From Amoebophrya sp. A120 (lineage: Eukaryota > Protista > Dinoflagellata), in assembly GCA_905178155.1 (NCBI GenBank), contig CAJINV010000004.1, forward strand, positions 6,488,828 to 6,552,827: a DNA stretch of 64,000 bases. Reading direction: 5' to 3'. How positions within the stretch are numbered: position 1 is the first letter of the stretch; each line of letters opens with the position of its first letter. Below, piece after piece: positions 46,301-57,384 of the stretch. The notes under the pieces were generated by a model. It searched no databases. It was not told the origin of the DNA and saw nothing but the letters and a program-made list of their open reading frames with translations. The translations under genes were made by a program, and so were the position numbers.

Positions 46301-49300
46301 TAGCATGACAAGTTACACTCTTGTTCCAGACGCAGACATGTTTGCAATGCATAAAGGTGTCCCGTCCCCACGCAGTTTGACGCGACGCTGGGCTGGGCGT
46401 TGGGGCACTGCGCGGCGGCCTTGGTGCAGAGACGACAAAACGGATACATCGCCTGCGTCACGGACTTGCTCGAGTCCCCGCGGATGTGGCAGGCCTACGG
46501 GTTGCCGATGAAGACCCTGATCGAGCAGTTCTTCCAGCCGCAACAGGCGGTCGGCGGGACCACAGCAGGTTCTTCGGTAGCTTCCACGATCGAGCGGAGC
46601 TCCTGGCGTGACTCTGCCGCGGGCAATACGCCATCCTTCTCTGTCTCCCTGGGAGCCAAGTCGGTGGAGGAGCTGCGGAATTCAAGAACGACCACAACGA
46701 CGACCCCGATTTTTAGTACGCTGAACAAAAGAGCAGATGTTGGCAGCGGCGTAGGCGCAGCAAGTACGGCATCGAGGTCGGTGAGCTTCTCGACAGAGGC
46801 GCGTGGTGGTACAACAACTTCTTCTACCGCTGGGCTGCAGTCCTCCAGCAAGGCGGGGGGTCATCAACAAGATCCAGCAGGAGGAAATCACACGAGAACT
46901 AGTACCAGCCCCACCAGTTCCGCGCTCGCGCAGCGCAACAGAAGCATGCTGGTGGCCAGCAGACCGCTAGCATTACAAACCTACCCGGTGTACACCGTGT
47001 ACAAGGAACTCGCGGACGAGTGGGCGGTCCGGTTGTCCGTCCGCCAGCCGGGCCCGACGCAATTCGGGATCAAGGGGGACGGGGTGTTTCGCGGGACCTT
47101 GATGTACGCGACGAACCTGGACTATTCGTATTCCATCTTGGCAGAATACGTCCCGTACGCGAAGCTACGGGAAGCCGCGGTCTCGCACAACAACTCCACT
47201 GTTCTTGCTGACCCGATGGAACAGCAGGGCTTGCTGAACCACAATAGCAGTTCCGCCCTTGCCGGTTTCTTCAACGCGTCTGCGGACAGTGTGCGAAGCT
47301 TAGTGCAGCAATCGCAAAGAGCATCCTCTTCGAACTGGGCTCAAATTGGCCAGTCGCAGCCAATTTTCCCGCCGCCGGAAGAACAATCTACTGCTCAAGA
47401 GCAACTTGCTCAACATCAAGAGAATTATGCTATAGCGCAACCGCCGAGCAGCATCAAACCGCCGGACCCAGCGGCGCCAAAGGTCCGGAATCTGCAGAGC
47501 TTCGAAAGCCGGAGCGACTTCTCCAGCGGCTCGGTTTCCAGGAGTTCTTCGTCCGTAAGCGACGACACGAAAGACGCGGCTATGCATACTGTGAGGAAAA
47601 ATCCCCCCTCCCCATACTGAAAAGGTATGTTCACTTAGAAATTTGTGATGCTGATTTGTGACCACAAATCCTGTCTCCCTTGCAAGAAGGCAAATCCAAA
47701 GAATCCCTCGCGTTATGGCGGCGATTTGTCATGCTGTCTCACCTTCATGGCAGGCCTCTGCTATGCTATGCGCCTACAACAAAACACCCCTCCGCAGGCT
47801 GAGGCTTTGATTGCCTGTAGTGCTTCACTGCAAGACAGGGCTGATTTGTGTACACAAATTCAGCAACAGAAGTTTCCGTTTCGATATGGAGGGGAGGGGG
47901 GATTTTTCATTTTGATAATGCAGGTGGTTTCGAAAACGTTGAAGAAGTCCAGCTCTTCGAGAAGCAATCAGAAGATGAACCAGGAGAATAACGAGCAGAC
48001 AAAGGGAACAAATGTAACAACAAGCAGTAACAACAAATTGCGGATCCAAACACAAGACGCCTTTCTCCCGCGCCTCCGCGAGCTCACGCGAATGTCCGAC
48101 ACGCAGCGGCGGCGGGTGCAGTACCGACCGCATCTGCCCCAAAGTCTGCTCCAGTACAGGCTAGTGGACCGCGACGGCTATGGGGTTTGTTCGGAACTGA
48201 AATTTTTGGAAAAACTCTTCCCGGCGACCCACAAGCTGAAAGCCATTCGCGTGGACGACCCGGTGGTGAAAAGGATGGAAAGTAGTGCGGCGGTGACGAG
48301 AGATGTGAGCGTCACGTCAAACGTGGGCGGCATCGTGGGAGCACCAGCAGCTGCAACGGCTTCTGGCGGTGCAGCTGGTGCTGGTTCAGCATCTTTGAAC
48401 CCGCAAGCAACGTTGAGTTCTTCATCTGGAGCTGCACCGAGTTCCTCGCAGCCTTTCCAGTTTTTGCCGCCGCCGCGAGAGTCGCAGGCTACGACAAACT
48501 ACAGCGGGGTCATGACGCATCCCGCGTCCTCGTCTTCCACAACCCGCGGCCCGCAGGGCCGGCGCACGAAACCGTTGAAGCTGGGGATCGTGTGCCTGTC
48601 CCGCGTATCAAGTGCAAAAATGTCTGGGTCTGGAAGAGGAAAAACATTTGTCATGCAGATTTCTCATGACCCATGATGCCTGTAATGCATGACCTAGCAT
48701 CGCAGACTTTCAGAGGGCTTCCTGATGCACCTTCCGCATGAGAAATGCCCTGGCCGTGTAGCACAAACTGCAGCCCTCTTGCTGGTCATGCAATACAAAT
48801 GTTTTTACAGTTCAAAAACAGCATGACAAGTTGCAGTCTTCCAGACCCAGACATTTTTGCAGTTGAGACCGCGAGGCCCCGGGGATTCACAACGCGGTCT
48901 GTATCAAATGCAAAAATGTCTGGCGGGTCTGGAAGACTGCGAGATTTGTCATGCTTGTCTGGGATGACCAAAAAGTTTGTGATGCGTGTCTAAGAAGAGA
49001 CCCCTGTTGCCTGTCATGCAAAAACGCAGCTTATCGTGAGAAAAACGCAACACAAAGAAGCGCAGATATTTCTCATGCTTGGCTGTGCATTACAGAGCAT
49101 TTCCTATTCCCAACGCAGCATCACAAGTTTCCAGACCCAGACATTTTTGCATGTGATAGTCTGGGGCGCGCTGCGGTTCGTGCAGGAGAACGCAAGGGAG
49201 GTCGCCGCGGCGCGGGAGCAAATGTTCGGCGGAGGAGCAGACATGCATTCTTCTGGAAGCATGAGCGACTTCGCACCCTCCCCGCCCTTCTCGACGAACG

Positions 49301-50053
49301 CAATTGCCGAAGCAGGAACAACAAGTGCGTCGAACGTAGCAAATTATAACCAAGAAGACCACAACTTTGGGCCGGGTGCAGCAAGCCCTTCGGCGCAGCC
49401 AACTGGGCACTTGTACGGATTCTTGGGCGGGGGACGGGGTCTGTGTGAACGGAACTTCATCGAGATCGACGAGCAAAGGTTGCTACCCTACTGCAACCAG
49501 GCGGGGCTGGATTTGTTGCAGCGGTCCGATTTCGCGGTGACAAGGACGGAAGCGAATCTGACGAAGGTTGTGGAAACAGTGTTGTCGTTGGAATTAGACG
49601 GGCTCTTGGTGATTGGAAACAGCCAGTCCCACCCGGAAACGGCATTTTTGGCCGAGTACTTTCTGGAGTTCCGGGTGCCCTGCGCAGTGGTGGGGATACC
49701 GGCCAGCTGCGAAAACGATCTACCCTTTGTGGAGCAGGTACAGATACTTACTACTTCAACATCCATGGTTTTGTTCTTTCTTATGCTGATGTTTATGTGT
49801 GCATTTCACCACCTTCATTTGTTTCAGTCGCTCAAACAGAAACCGTTCTTTCGTGTTCATCTTCGTCTAGAAATAATAAAAATAAGTACCTTGTCCAAAA
49901 AACCTCCACAGTCCCTTGGCCACGACACCGCCTGCAAAGTTTTCTCGTCCATCATCGGGAATCTCGGTGCGCATGCCGCCAGCACGAAGAAGCACTGGTA
50001 CTTTATCCGTGTGGCTGGCCGGTCCGTTAGTCGCATTGTGAACGAGTGCTGTC
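43313..50053 (+). CDS. PFK: Two-domain phosphofructokinase (PPi-PFK family)-like protein, catalytic motifs degenerate; 3' end not in window
   Basis: Spliced motifs NCGGARMLG, LDLQGLVIVGG, TLGFDSA, FYHFIRC, EGRCPVPTQFD, GIVCLSREAPGIHNAVWG, LDGLLVIG, VVGIPASCENDL, SLGHDTACK, WYFIRVAGRS; 7 complete introners, one GT-AG intron (49738-49911), then a split introner. Confidence 0.85.
43939..44198. mobile_element. Introner family K
   Basis: TSD tgcgg; inside the NxGG motif. Confidence 0.92.
44671..44934. mobile_element. Introner family K
   Basis: TSD agcgt; right terminus TA>TC. Confidence 0.86.
45807..46016. mobile_element. Introner family L
   Basis: TSD ggagg; close homolog of 13885-14094. Confidence 0.9.
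46085..46353. mobile_element. Introner family K
   Basis: TSD aaggt; inside the EGRC motif. Confidence 0.92.
47587..47917. mobile_element. Introner family D
   Basis: TSD atgca. Confidence 0.88.
48606..48868. mobile_element. Introner family K
   Basis: TSD ccgcg; right terminus TA>GA; followed by a ~28-nt microexon. Confidence 0.87.
48902..49158. mobile_element. Introner family K
   Basis: TSD gtctg. Confidence 0.9.
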
Positions 50054-50192
50054 TATGGCTTGTAAAAAGGTCTGGGTCTGGAAGATTCTGCGACTTGTGA
50101 TGCATGTTTTTCATGCGCCATCATGTCTGTGATGCATGCCCTAGCATCACAGATGTTTTGAGGGCATCTTGATGCGTATTCTGCATGACAAA
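50054..50192. mobile_element. Left half of a family K introner, interrupted
   Basis: Starts tatggcttgtaaaaaggtctgggtctgg after TSD ctgtc; colinear with 23556-23819 up to ctgcatgacaaa, then stops. Confidence 0.85.
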
Positions 50193-50479
50193 CAAGGTCC
50201 GAGCGTGGGGACAGGGTCCCCACGCGGGCCCTTGGCTTCGGTTTCGGCTTGAGGTTTCAGCCTGGGGCTTCGGCTTGGGGGTTTCATTCGGCCTGGGGTT
50301 TCGGCTTCAGGCGACGGCGGCAGACAGTCAGGCGATAGAGCTGGACGGCGGTGCGCTCTGTGGGTGCAGAAATGCCACCGCCCCAGAGGCGCGGAATGGG
50401 CTCTACGAAGTTCCCGCAACAAATCTGGGCGCGGGGCGTCGCTTCCTCGCATGAAAGCAAGGGCCGAGGCACGAAGTCA

Positions 50480-53400
50480 GGAGGGGGATAGCCGGAGAAG
50501 CAAGGCGCAGAGCCTGGCAGGGCTGCCCAGCTGGACGGCCTTGCGGCCTTGGGTTTTCGAAAAAGCTGGGCAGCCTTGCAGAAGTTTATCCAGTTTTTTC
50601 AAGATTCGCCACCCTCGCATTATGTTCCCTCGTCCAAAGTGTGGGCTAGGGGCTTCGCGCGATAGCCGGGGAAGCAAGGAACAGAGCGGGGCAAGGCTGG
50701 CGAGCTCGGCGGCTTTTTGGCCTTGGACTTACTTTCGGAAAAGCTGGCCAAACTTGAAAAAAATTCATAAGGTTGCCCAAGCTTCCCCAGTTGCGCACCA
50801 TCTGCGGCCAAAGTGCGGCCGTGGGGCGTCGCGCGATAGCCGGAGAGGCAAGGAACAGACAGAGCGCGGCAAGGCTGGCCAGCGAGCTTGGCGGCTTTGC
50901 GGCCTTGCGTTTTCGGAAAAGCTCGCCAAACTTGAAAAGTTTTGCCAGTTTTTTCATGATTCCCCGGCCCAGCATCACCGGCCTACGGCCAAAATGTGGC
51001 CTCGGGGCTTCGCGCGGTAGCCGGGGAAGCAAGGAACAGAGCGGGGCAAGCCTGGCCAGGCAGCCAGGCGGCCTTGTGGCCTCGGGTTTCTTTTCGCAAA
51101 AGAAAAGCTGGCCAAACCTGAAGAAGTGCGCGCTTCAAGTTTTTTCAAGATTCCCGCGCACGCTCGCATTGCCTACGGCCATGCTGAGTGTTGCCGTGGG
51201 GCTTCGCGCGATAGGCGGAGAAGCAAGGAGCAGAGCGGGGCAAGGCTGGCACGCTTGACGGCTTTGCGGCTTTGGATTTTCGAAAAAGCTGGCCGACCTT
51301 GATAAAGCTGCCCAAGCTTTTTGCAAAGTCCCCCCGCCTTCGCATTTATTACCTACGGCCAGGGCGAACGCGGCCGCGCCGCAGGGCTTCGCGCGGTAGC
51401 CGGAGAAGCAAGGAAGGAACAGAGCGGGGCAAGGCTTGCCACCTTGGCGGCTTTGCGGCCTTGGCTTTTCGGAAAACCTGGCCGACCTTGCAAAAGTTTT
51501 GCTCTCAGGCTTTTCGCTTTTCGAGATCATTCCCCGCGCTCGCACCACGTACGGCCAAGATGCGGCCGCGGGGCTTCGCGCGATAGCCGAAGAGGCAAGG
51601 ACCAGAGCGGGGCAAGACTGGCCAGCTTGGTGGCTTTGATTGCGGCCCTGGGTTTTCGGAGAAGCCGCCCGGCCAAACTTGAAAAGGCCTGCAAAACCTC
51701 CCCGGCCTCGCATTGCCGAGGGCCAAGATGTGGCGCCGGGGCTTCGCGCGGTGAGCAGAGAAGCATGGAACAGAGCGGGGCAAGGCTGGCACGCGGGGCG
51801 GCTTTGCGGCCTTGGGCTTTCGCCTTTTCAGGTTTTCAAGATTTCCAGCCATCGCACTACCTGCCTCCGGCCAAAATGTGGCCGCGGGGCTTCGCGCGGT
51901 AGCCGGAGAAGCAATGAAACGAGCGGGGCAAGGCTGGCAAGTTGGACGGCTTTGCGGCGTTGATTCTTCGAAAAAGCCGGCCAAACTTGCAAAAAGCTCC
52001 CCGGCTGTTCCGAGGCTTCCCGCGCTCGCATTACTTTCCTACGACGAAAATGCGGCCCCGGGGCTTCGCACGATAGCCACAGAAGCAAGGAACAGAGCGG
52101 GCGCGGGGCAAGTTTGGCGGGCCAGCTTGGCGGCTTTGTGGCCTCGGGTTTTCGGAGAAGCTGGCCAACTTTGAAGAAACTTGTCCAGCTTTTTAAGATT
52201 TCCCGCGTTCGCATTACGTACGGCCGAAATGCGGCGGGCCGCGGGGCTTCGCGCGGGCGATAGCCGGAGAAGCGAGGAACAGAGCGGGGCAAGGCTGGCC
52301 AGCCGGACGGCTCTGCGGCCTTGAGTTTCGGCGGGCGTTCGCTTGGAAAGGCTGGCCAAGTTTGAGAAAATTTTTCGAGTAAGTTACCCCAAGACTGACT
52401 CCCCGCCCCCGCATTGCATGCCTTTCTACGGCCAGAATGTTGCCGCGGGGCGTCGCGCGATAGCCGGAGAAGCAAGGGGCAGCGCTTGGGTTTTCGAAAA
52501 GGCTGGCCAAACCTGAAAAACAAAGGCGCGCTCCAAGGCTATTCCAAGATGTCCCGCCCTCGCATTACCTACGGCCAACGTGTGGCGTCGGGGCTTCGCG
52601 CGATAGCCGGAAAAGCAAGGGCGGGGCAGAGCGGGGCAACGCTGGCCGGCTGAAGTGGACGGCTTTGCCGCGGCCTTGGTGTTTCGGAAAAGCTGGCCAA
52701 ACCTGCGCAAGCTTTCGAGCCCCGCGCCCGCATTACCTACGGCCAGCGCGTGGCCTTGCCCTGGGGCTTCGCGCGATAGCCGGAGAAGCACGGAGCAGAG
52801 CGGGGCAAGGCTGGCCATCTGGGCGGCTTTGCCTGCGGCGTTGGGTTTTCGGAAAAACTGGCCAAACTGGCCAAACATCGCCGCAGGCCCTGCGGCCAAA
52901 GCTTGGCCGCGCGCGGGGGGGGGGCTTCGCACGCACGAGAACCGGAGAAGCAAGGAATGGGACGGGGCAAGGCTGGCCAGCTGGAAGGCTTTGCGGCCTT
53001 GGGTGTTGTGTTCGAAAAGCGGCCCAAACTTGAAAAAATTTCTCAAGTGTTTTCAAGGCTGCCCGCCTTCGCATTACCTCCGGCCAAGGTGCGGCCTCGG
53101 GGCTTCGCACGATAGCCGGAGAACGAACAGCAAAGAACAGACAGAGTGGGGCAAGGCTGGCTGGCCAGCTGGAAGGCTTTGCGTGCGACTTTGCGTCTTC
53201 GGAAAAGTTGGCCAAACTTTAAAAAATTTTTCAAGCTTTGCAAGGTTTCCCGCCTTCGCAACACCAGCGGCCCAAGAAGTGTGGCCGCGAGGGTCCGCGC
53301 GGTCGCCGGAGAAGCAAGGAACGGAGCGGGGCGAGGCGGGGCGGCCAGCGAGCTGGAACGCTTTGCGGCCTTGCGTTCTCGGAAAAGCTGGCCAGACTTG

Positions 53401-54480
53401 CAAAAGCTCCGCAAGCTTTTCCAAGGTTCCCCGCCCGCTTTCGCACTACCTGCGGCCAAGACGGGGCCTCGCGCGCGCGATAGCCGGAGAAGCAAGGAAA
53501 AGAGCGGGGCAAGGCTGGCCAGCTGGGCGGCTGTGCGGCCTTGGGCTTTCGGAAAACCTGGCCAAACTTGCCAGGGCTTTTTTCAGGGTTTCCCGCCTTC
53601 GCATTGCCTAGCTTTCTACGGCCAAAACGTGGCCGCGGGGCTTTGCGCGATAGCCGGAGACGCAAGGAACAGAGCGGGGCAAGCCAAGACTGGCCAGCTG
53701 GACAGCCTTGATCGCGGCCCCGGCTTTTCGGAAAAGCTGGCCAAACATGGCTAAGCTTTTGAAGCCTTCCAAAGGTGTCCCGCCTTCGCATTAGATTGCG
53801 CGCGGCCAAGTCGAGGCCCCGCGCGATGGCCGGGGAAGCAAAGGGCAGAGCGGGGCGAGGCCGGCCAGCTTGGCGGCTTTGCGACCTCGGGGGAGTTTCC
53901 GGAAGAGCTGGGCAAACCTGAAAAACATTCCCGAGCTTTTTCAAGGTTCCCCGGGTAGGTTCTCACTACCTACGGCCAACATTTGGCCGCGGGCTTTCGC
54001 ACGATAGCCGGGAAAGCAAGGGGCAGAGCGGGGCAAGGCTGGCCAGCAAGCTGGGAGGCCTTGTGGCCTTGGGTTTTCGGAAAAGCTGCCAACACTTGAC
54101 CGACCTGCTCAGGTTTTTCCTTTTCTCAAGATCCCCCGGCGGCCCTCAAATTACCTAGGTTGCGGCCAACATGTGGCCTCGGGGCTTCGCGCGATGGCCG
54201 GAGAAGCAAGGAACAGAGCGGGGCAAGGCCGGGCAGCTGGACGGCTTTGCCGCCTCGGGTTTCCGGAAAAGCCGGCCAAGCTTGCAACCTTCTCCAAGGT
54301 TCTTCAAGGTTGTCCGCGGTCGCACTACGTACGGCCAAGGTGTTGCCTCGGGCGGGGCTTCGCGCGATAGCCGGAGAAGCAAGGAGCAACACAGAGCGGG
54401 GCAAGGCTGGCCGGCTTTGCGGCCTTGGTTGGGTTTTCGGAGAAGCTGGCCAAACTTGAGGAAATTTTGAAAATTTTTCC
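50480..54480. repeat. ~176-bp tandem satellite, ~23 diverged monomers
   Basis: ggggcttcgcgcgatagccggagaagcaaggaacagagcggggcaaggctggcc recurs from ~50487 to ~54366. Confidence 0.93.
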
Positions 54481-54779
54481 AAGCCTGAAACCGTTCCCAT
54501 TTTGGAAATTTTCAAAATTCCCGGGAAGGGCGCCGTCGGCTCCGGCCCGGGCTTCGAACCAGGGGGGCGCGATGGTCCGTCGCATGAGCAGAAGGGGCGG
54601 CCTTTGCGTTGTAGCCCGGCGAAGGCCCCGCGGCGGGGCCCGTGCTGTTGTAGCAAACTGCGGGCGCGCCTTGCCGCGCGCGGGAGGACGCCGGGGCCCC
54701 CGATGCGCTCGCGACTCCCGCGGGGGGCGTGTGTGGTTCTTCGGGGTTGGGCGTTGTGCCACCCCGTTTGGACGGCCGG

Positions 54780-55012
54780 GGAATTTGTTATAGAGCGCGT
54801 TATGGGACGCGTTATGGGCAGCGACGCGAAATCTTTGTGGGATTTTGCTGGGGTCGCTTTATAACGCGCCCCACAACGAATCCCATAACACCCCGGGCCG
54901 GGGTGCTTGCCACGGTTTCTCAACGCCCCCATAACGCGTCCTACAACGCGTTCCACGACGCGTTCTATGCCGCGTCCTATAACGCCGCCCATAACGCCCC
55001 CCCATAACGCTT
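54780..55012. repeat. Inverted clusters of ~12-bp (cccataacgcgt-like) repeats within the spacer that interrupts the satellite
   Basis: gcgcgttatgggacgcgttatggg (54795-54818) faces cccataacgcgtcctacaacgcg...cccataacgc (54928-55010). Confidence 0.7.
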
Positions 55013-55189
55013 CCCAAGCAGCCCTGGCCTAGTGTTTTCGTCTCGCAAGGCGAGCGCCAAAATTGCCGGGGAAAAATTTCCGCAGAAAAATTGGCTCTGG
55101 GGGTTCCAATTTCAAAACTTCCGAAAACCGTAACACGCAGACAACGAAAGCCCCGCCCGGAAGTTTCCCGGCTAAATTTTCCCAAGCTT

Positions 55190-56010
55190 TTTCAAGCCTT
55201 CCCGCCTTCGTATTATCTTCCAACGGCCAACACCTGGCCGCGACGCGTCGCGCGGTCGCCGGAGATGCAAGGAACAGAGAGAGCGGGGAAGGGCTGGCCA
55301 GCTGGCCGGCTTTGTGGCCTTGGGTTTTCGGGAAGGCTTGCCAAACTTGCAAAAATTTTTTAGGTTTTTCCTTTTTGAAGATTCCCCGCCTTCGCATTAC
55401 GTACGAACGGCCAAGCTGTGGCCCCGGGGCTTCGCGCCATAACCGGAGAAGCAAGAGACGGCCGGAGCGGGGCACGGCTGGCCAACTCGACGACTTTCTT
55501 GGTGGCCTTGGGCTTTCGGGCGGGCCGGCTTTTTCAAAATTCCCCGCGGTCTCATTACCTGCGACCTCGGGGCTTCGCGCGATAGCCGGAGAGGCAAGGA
55601 ACAGCGCGTGGCAAGGTGGGCCAGCTGGACGGCTTTACGGCCTTGGGTTTTCGGAAAACAAACCGCGTCAAACCTGCAAAGGCTCGGCCTTTCTCGGAAA
55701 GCACAGAAACCCTTCACCCTTTTTCAAGATTTCCCGCGCTCGCTTTACCTGCGGCCAAAATTCGCGCGGCGCGCGAGAGCCGGAGAGGCGCGGGGCAGAG
55801 AGAGCGGGGCAGGGCTGGCCAGCTTGGTGGCTTTGCAACCTTGAGCCTCCGGAGAAGCTGGCCGGCCAAGCTTGCAAGGTTTTCGCCAGTTTTTCCAAGG
55901 TTGCCCACTCCCGCCTTCGCACTACCTGCGAGCGGCCGGCCGAGATTAATGTGGCCGCGGGGCTTCGCGCGATAGCCGGAGAAGCAAGGAACAGAGCGGG
56001 GCAAGGCTGT
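55190..56010. repeat. Continuation of the ~176-bp satellite, ~5 monomers
   Basis: Same monomer and orientation as 50480-54480. Confidence 0.9.
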
Positions 56011-56559
56011 TGAGCCCAAAAGACCCCTTCCTACATGCGCGCGAAATGAAGCGCAAAAGGAAGGCGAACAGCCGGCCAACTGCCGCCCCAATCGATCAGG
56101 TTGCCACCTGTCGCCCTACGCCAATAATGCTTCCCGATCCAAGTCGTCAGCCGTCGCGCTACGTCAATTGCCTGAGCTAGGTGCCAGCGAGCCAAAAGCC
56201 TGGCAATGTGTACTGTAGCCGAAGACGATGGCGATCCGTGTTGCGCCACGAAGGGGAGAGCGCGCGCCCCATCTGAGCCCGCAGAGGAAAAAAAAAGAAA
56301 ACCCCCGCGCCAAGAATCTGCCGACGGATTGCGCGGACTCTCCCGCGAAAGAGTTCGCAGAAACCCAACCCAAACGACCCTCCGAAAGGAACCTAACCGC
56401 GTGCGATTTTGGCAAGCGGGCGGGGCAACATCGAGAACAAACCGGGCGGGGGCGTGTGAATCTTCCCGAACATCCCTGGCGGGCCTTCTCGAATTATGCA
56501 GAGGGGGGCCCGAGCCTCCAGGCCTTGTCCTCTCGCATATTCCAAAAAGAATGCCGAAA

Positions 56560-57360
56560 ATTCAGGGCGTGCGTTCCCGAATATTCAGGGCGGCGCGCCG
56601 AATATTCAGGGAGGGCGCTCCTTCTCGAATATTCAAGAAGGAACGCCGAGCACTCAGGGCGAACGTTCCCGAATATTCGAGGGGGAGTGCCGAATATTCA
56701 GGGGAAACGCCCTCCATTATTCAAGAAGGGACGCCGAATATTCCGGGAGAATGCTCTCCAATATTCAAGAAGGAGCGCCGAATATTCAGGGCGGCCGTTC
56801 TCCAATATTCGAGAAGGCGCGCCGAATATTCAGGGAGGGCGTTCTCGAATACCCAAGGGGGCGCGCCGAATATTCGGCGGGAATATTTTCACTCCAAGAC
56901 CCGAGAAGGCGCGCCGAACATTCGGGGAGAATATTCTCGAACAGCCAAGGGGGAACGCCGAATATTCCAGAAGGCACGCCGACCGAATATGCATGCAGGG
57001 CAAAAAGCGCTCGCGAATATTCAAGGAGGAACGCCGAAAAGAATACTCCGCGCGAATATTCTTGCAGACAGAGTCAAGGGGGTGCGGCGAATATTCACGG
57101 CGGGCATTCTCGTATATTCACGGGCTAGATCGGGCCGAATATTCAGGGAGGACGTTTCCAGTTATTTCAGGGACGCTGCCGAATAGTCAGGGCGGGCATT
57201 CTCGAATATTCAGGGAGCAAGTTCCCCAATATTCCAGAAGGGGCGCCGAAGTTTCGGGGAGGATATTCTCGAATCAATAGCCGAGGGGGAGTGCCTGCCG
57301 AAGGAATAGTCGGCGAGAAAGTTCTCCAATATTCAAGAAGGGGCGCCGAATATTCAGGGA
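56560..57360. repeat. Minisatellite with GAATATTC palindromic core about every 20 bp (~41-bp dimeric unit)
   Basis: gcgccgaatattcaggg...ttctcgaatattcaagaagg repeated. Confidence 0.9.
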
Positions 57361-57384
57361 TAATGTTTCTCCAATGTGGCGCCA

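Noticed and set aside
9940-49350. Many short ORFs sharing peptides such as IANMSGSG, CKYVWVWK, FQTQTYL, PDPDIFA
   Set aside because: They are translations of the family K TIR in different frames, not a protein repeat family
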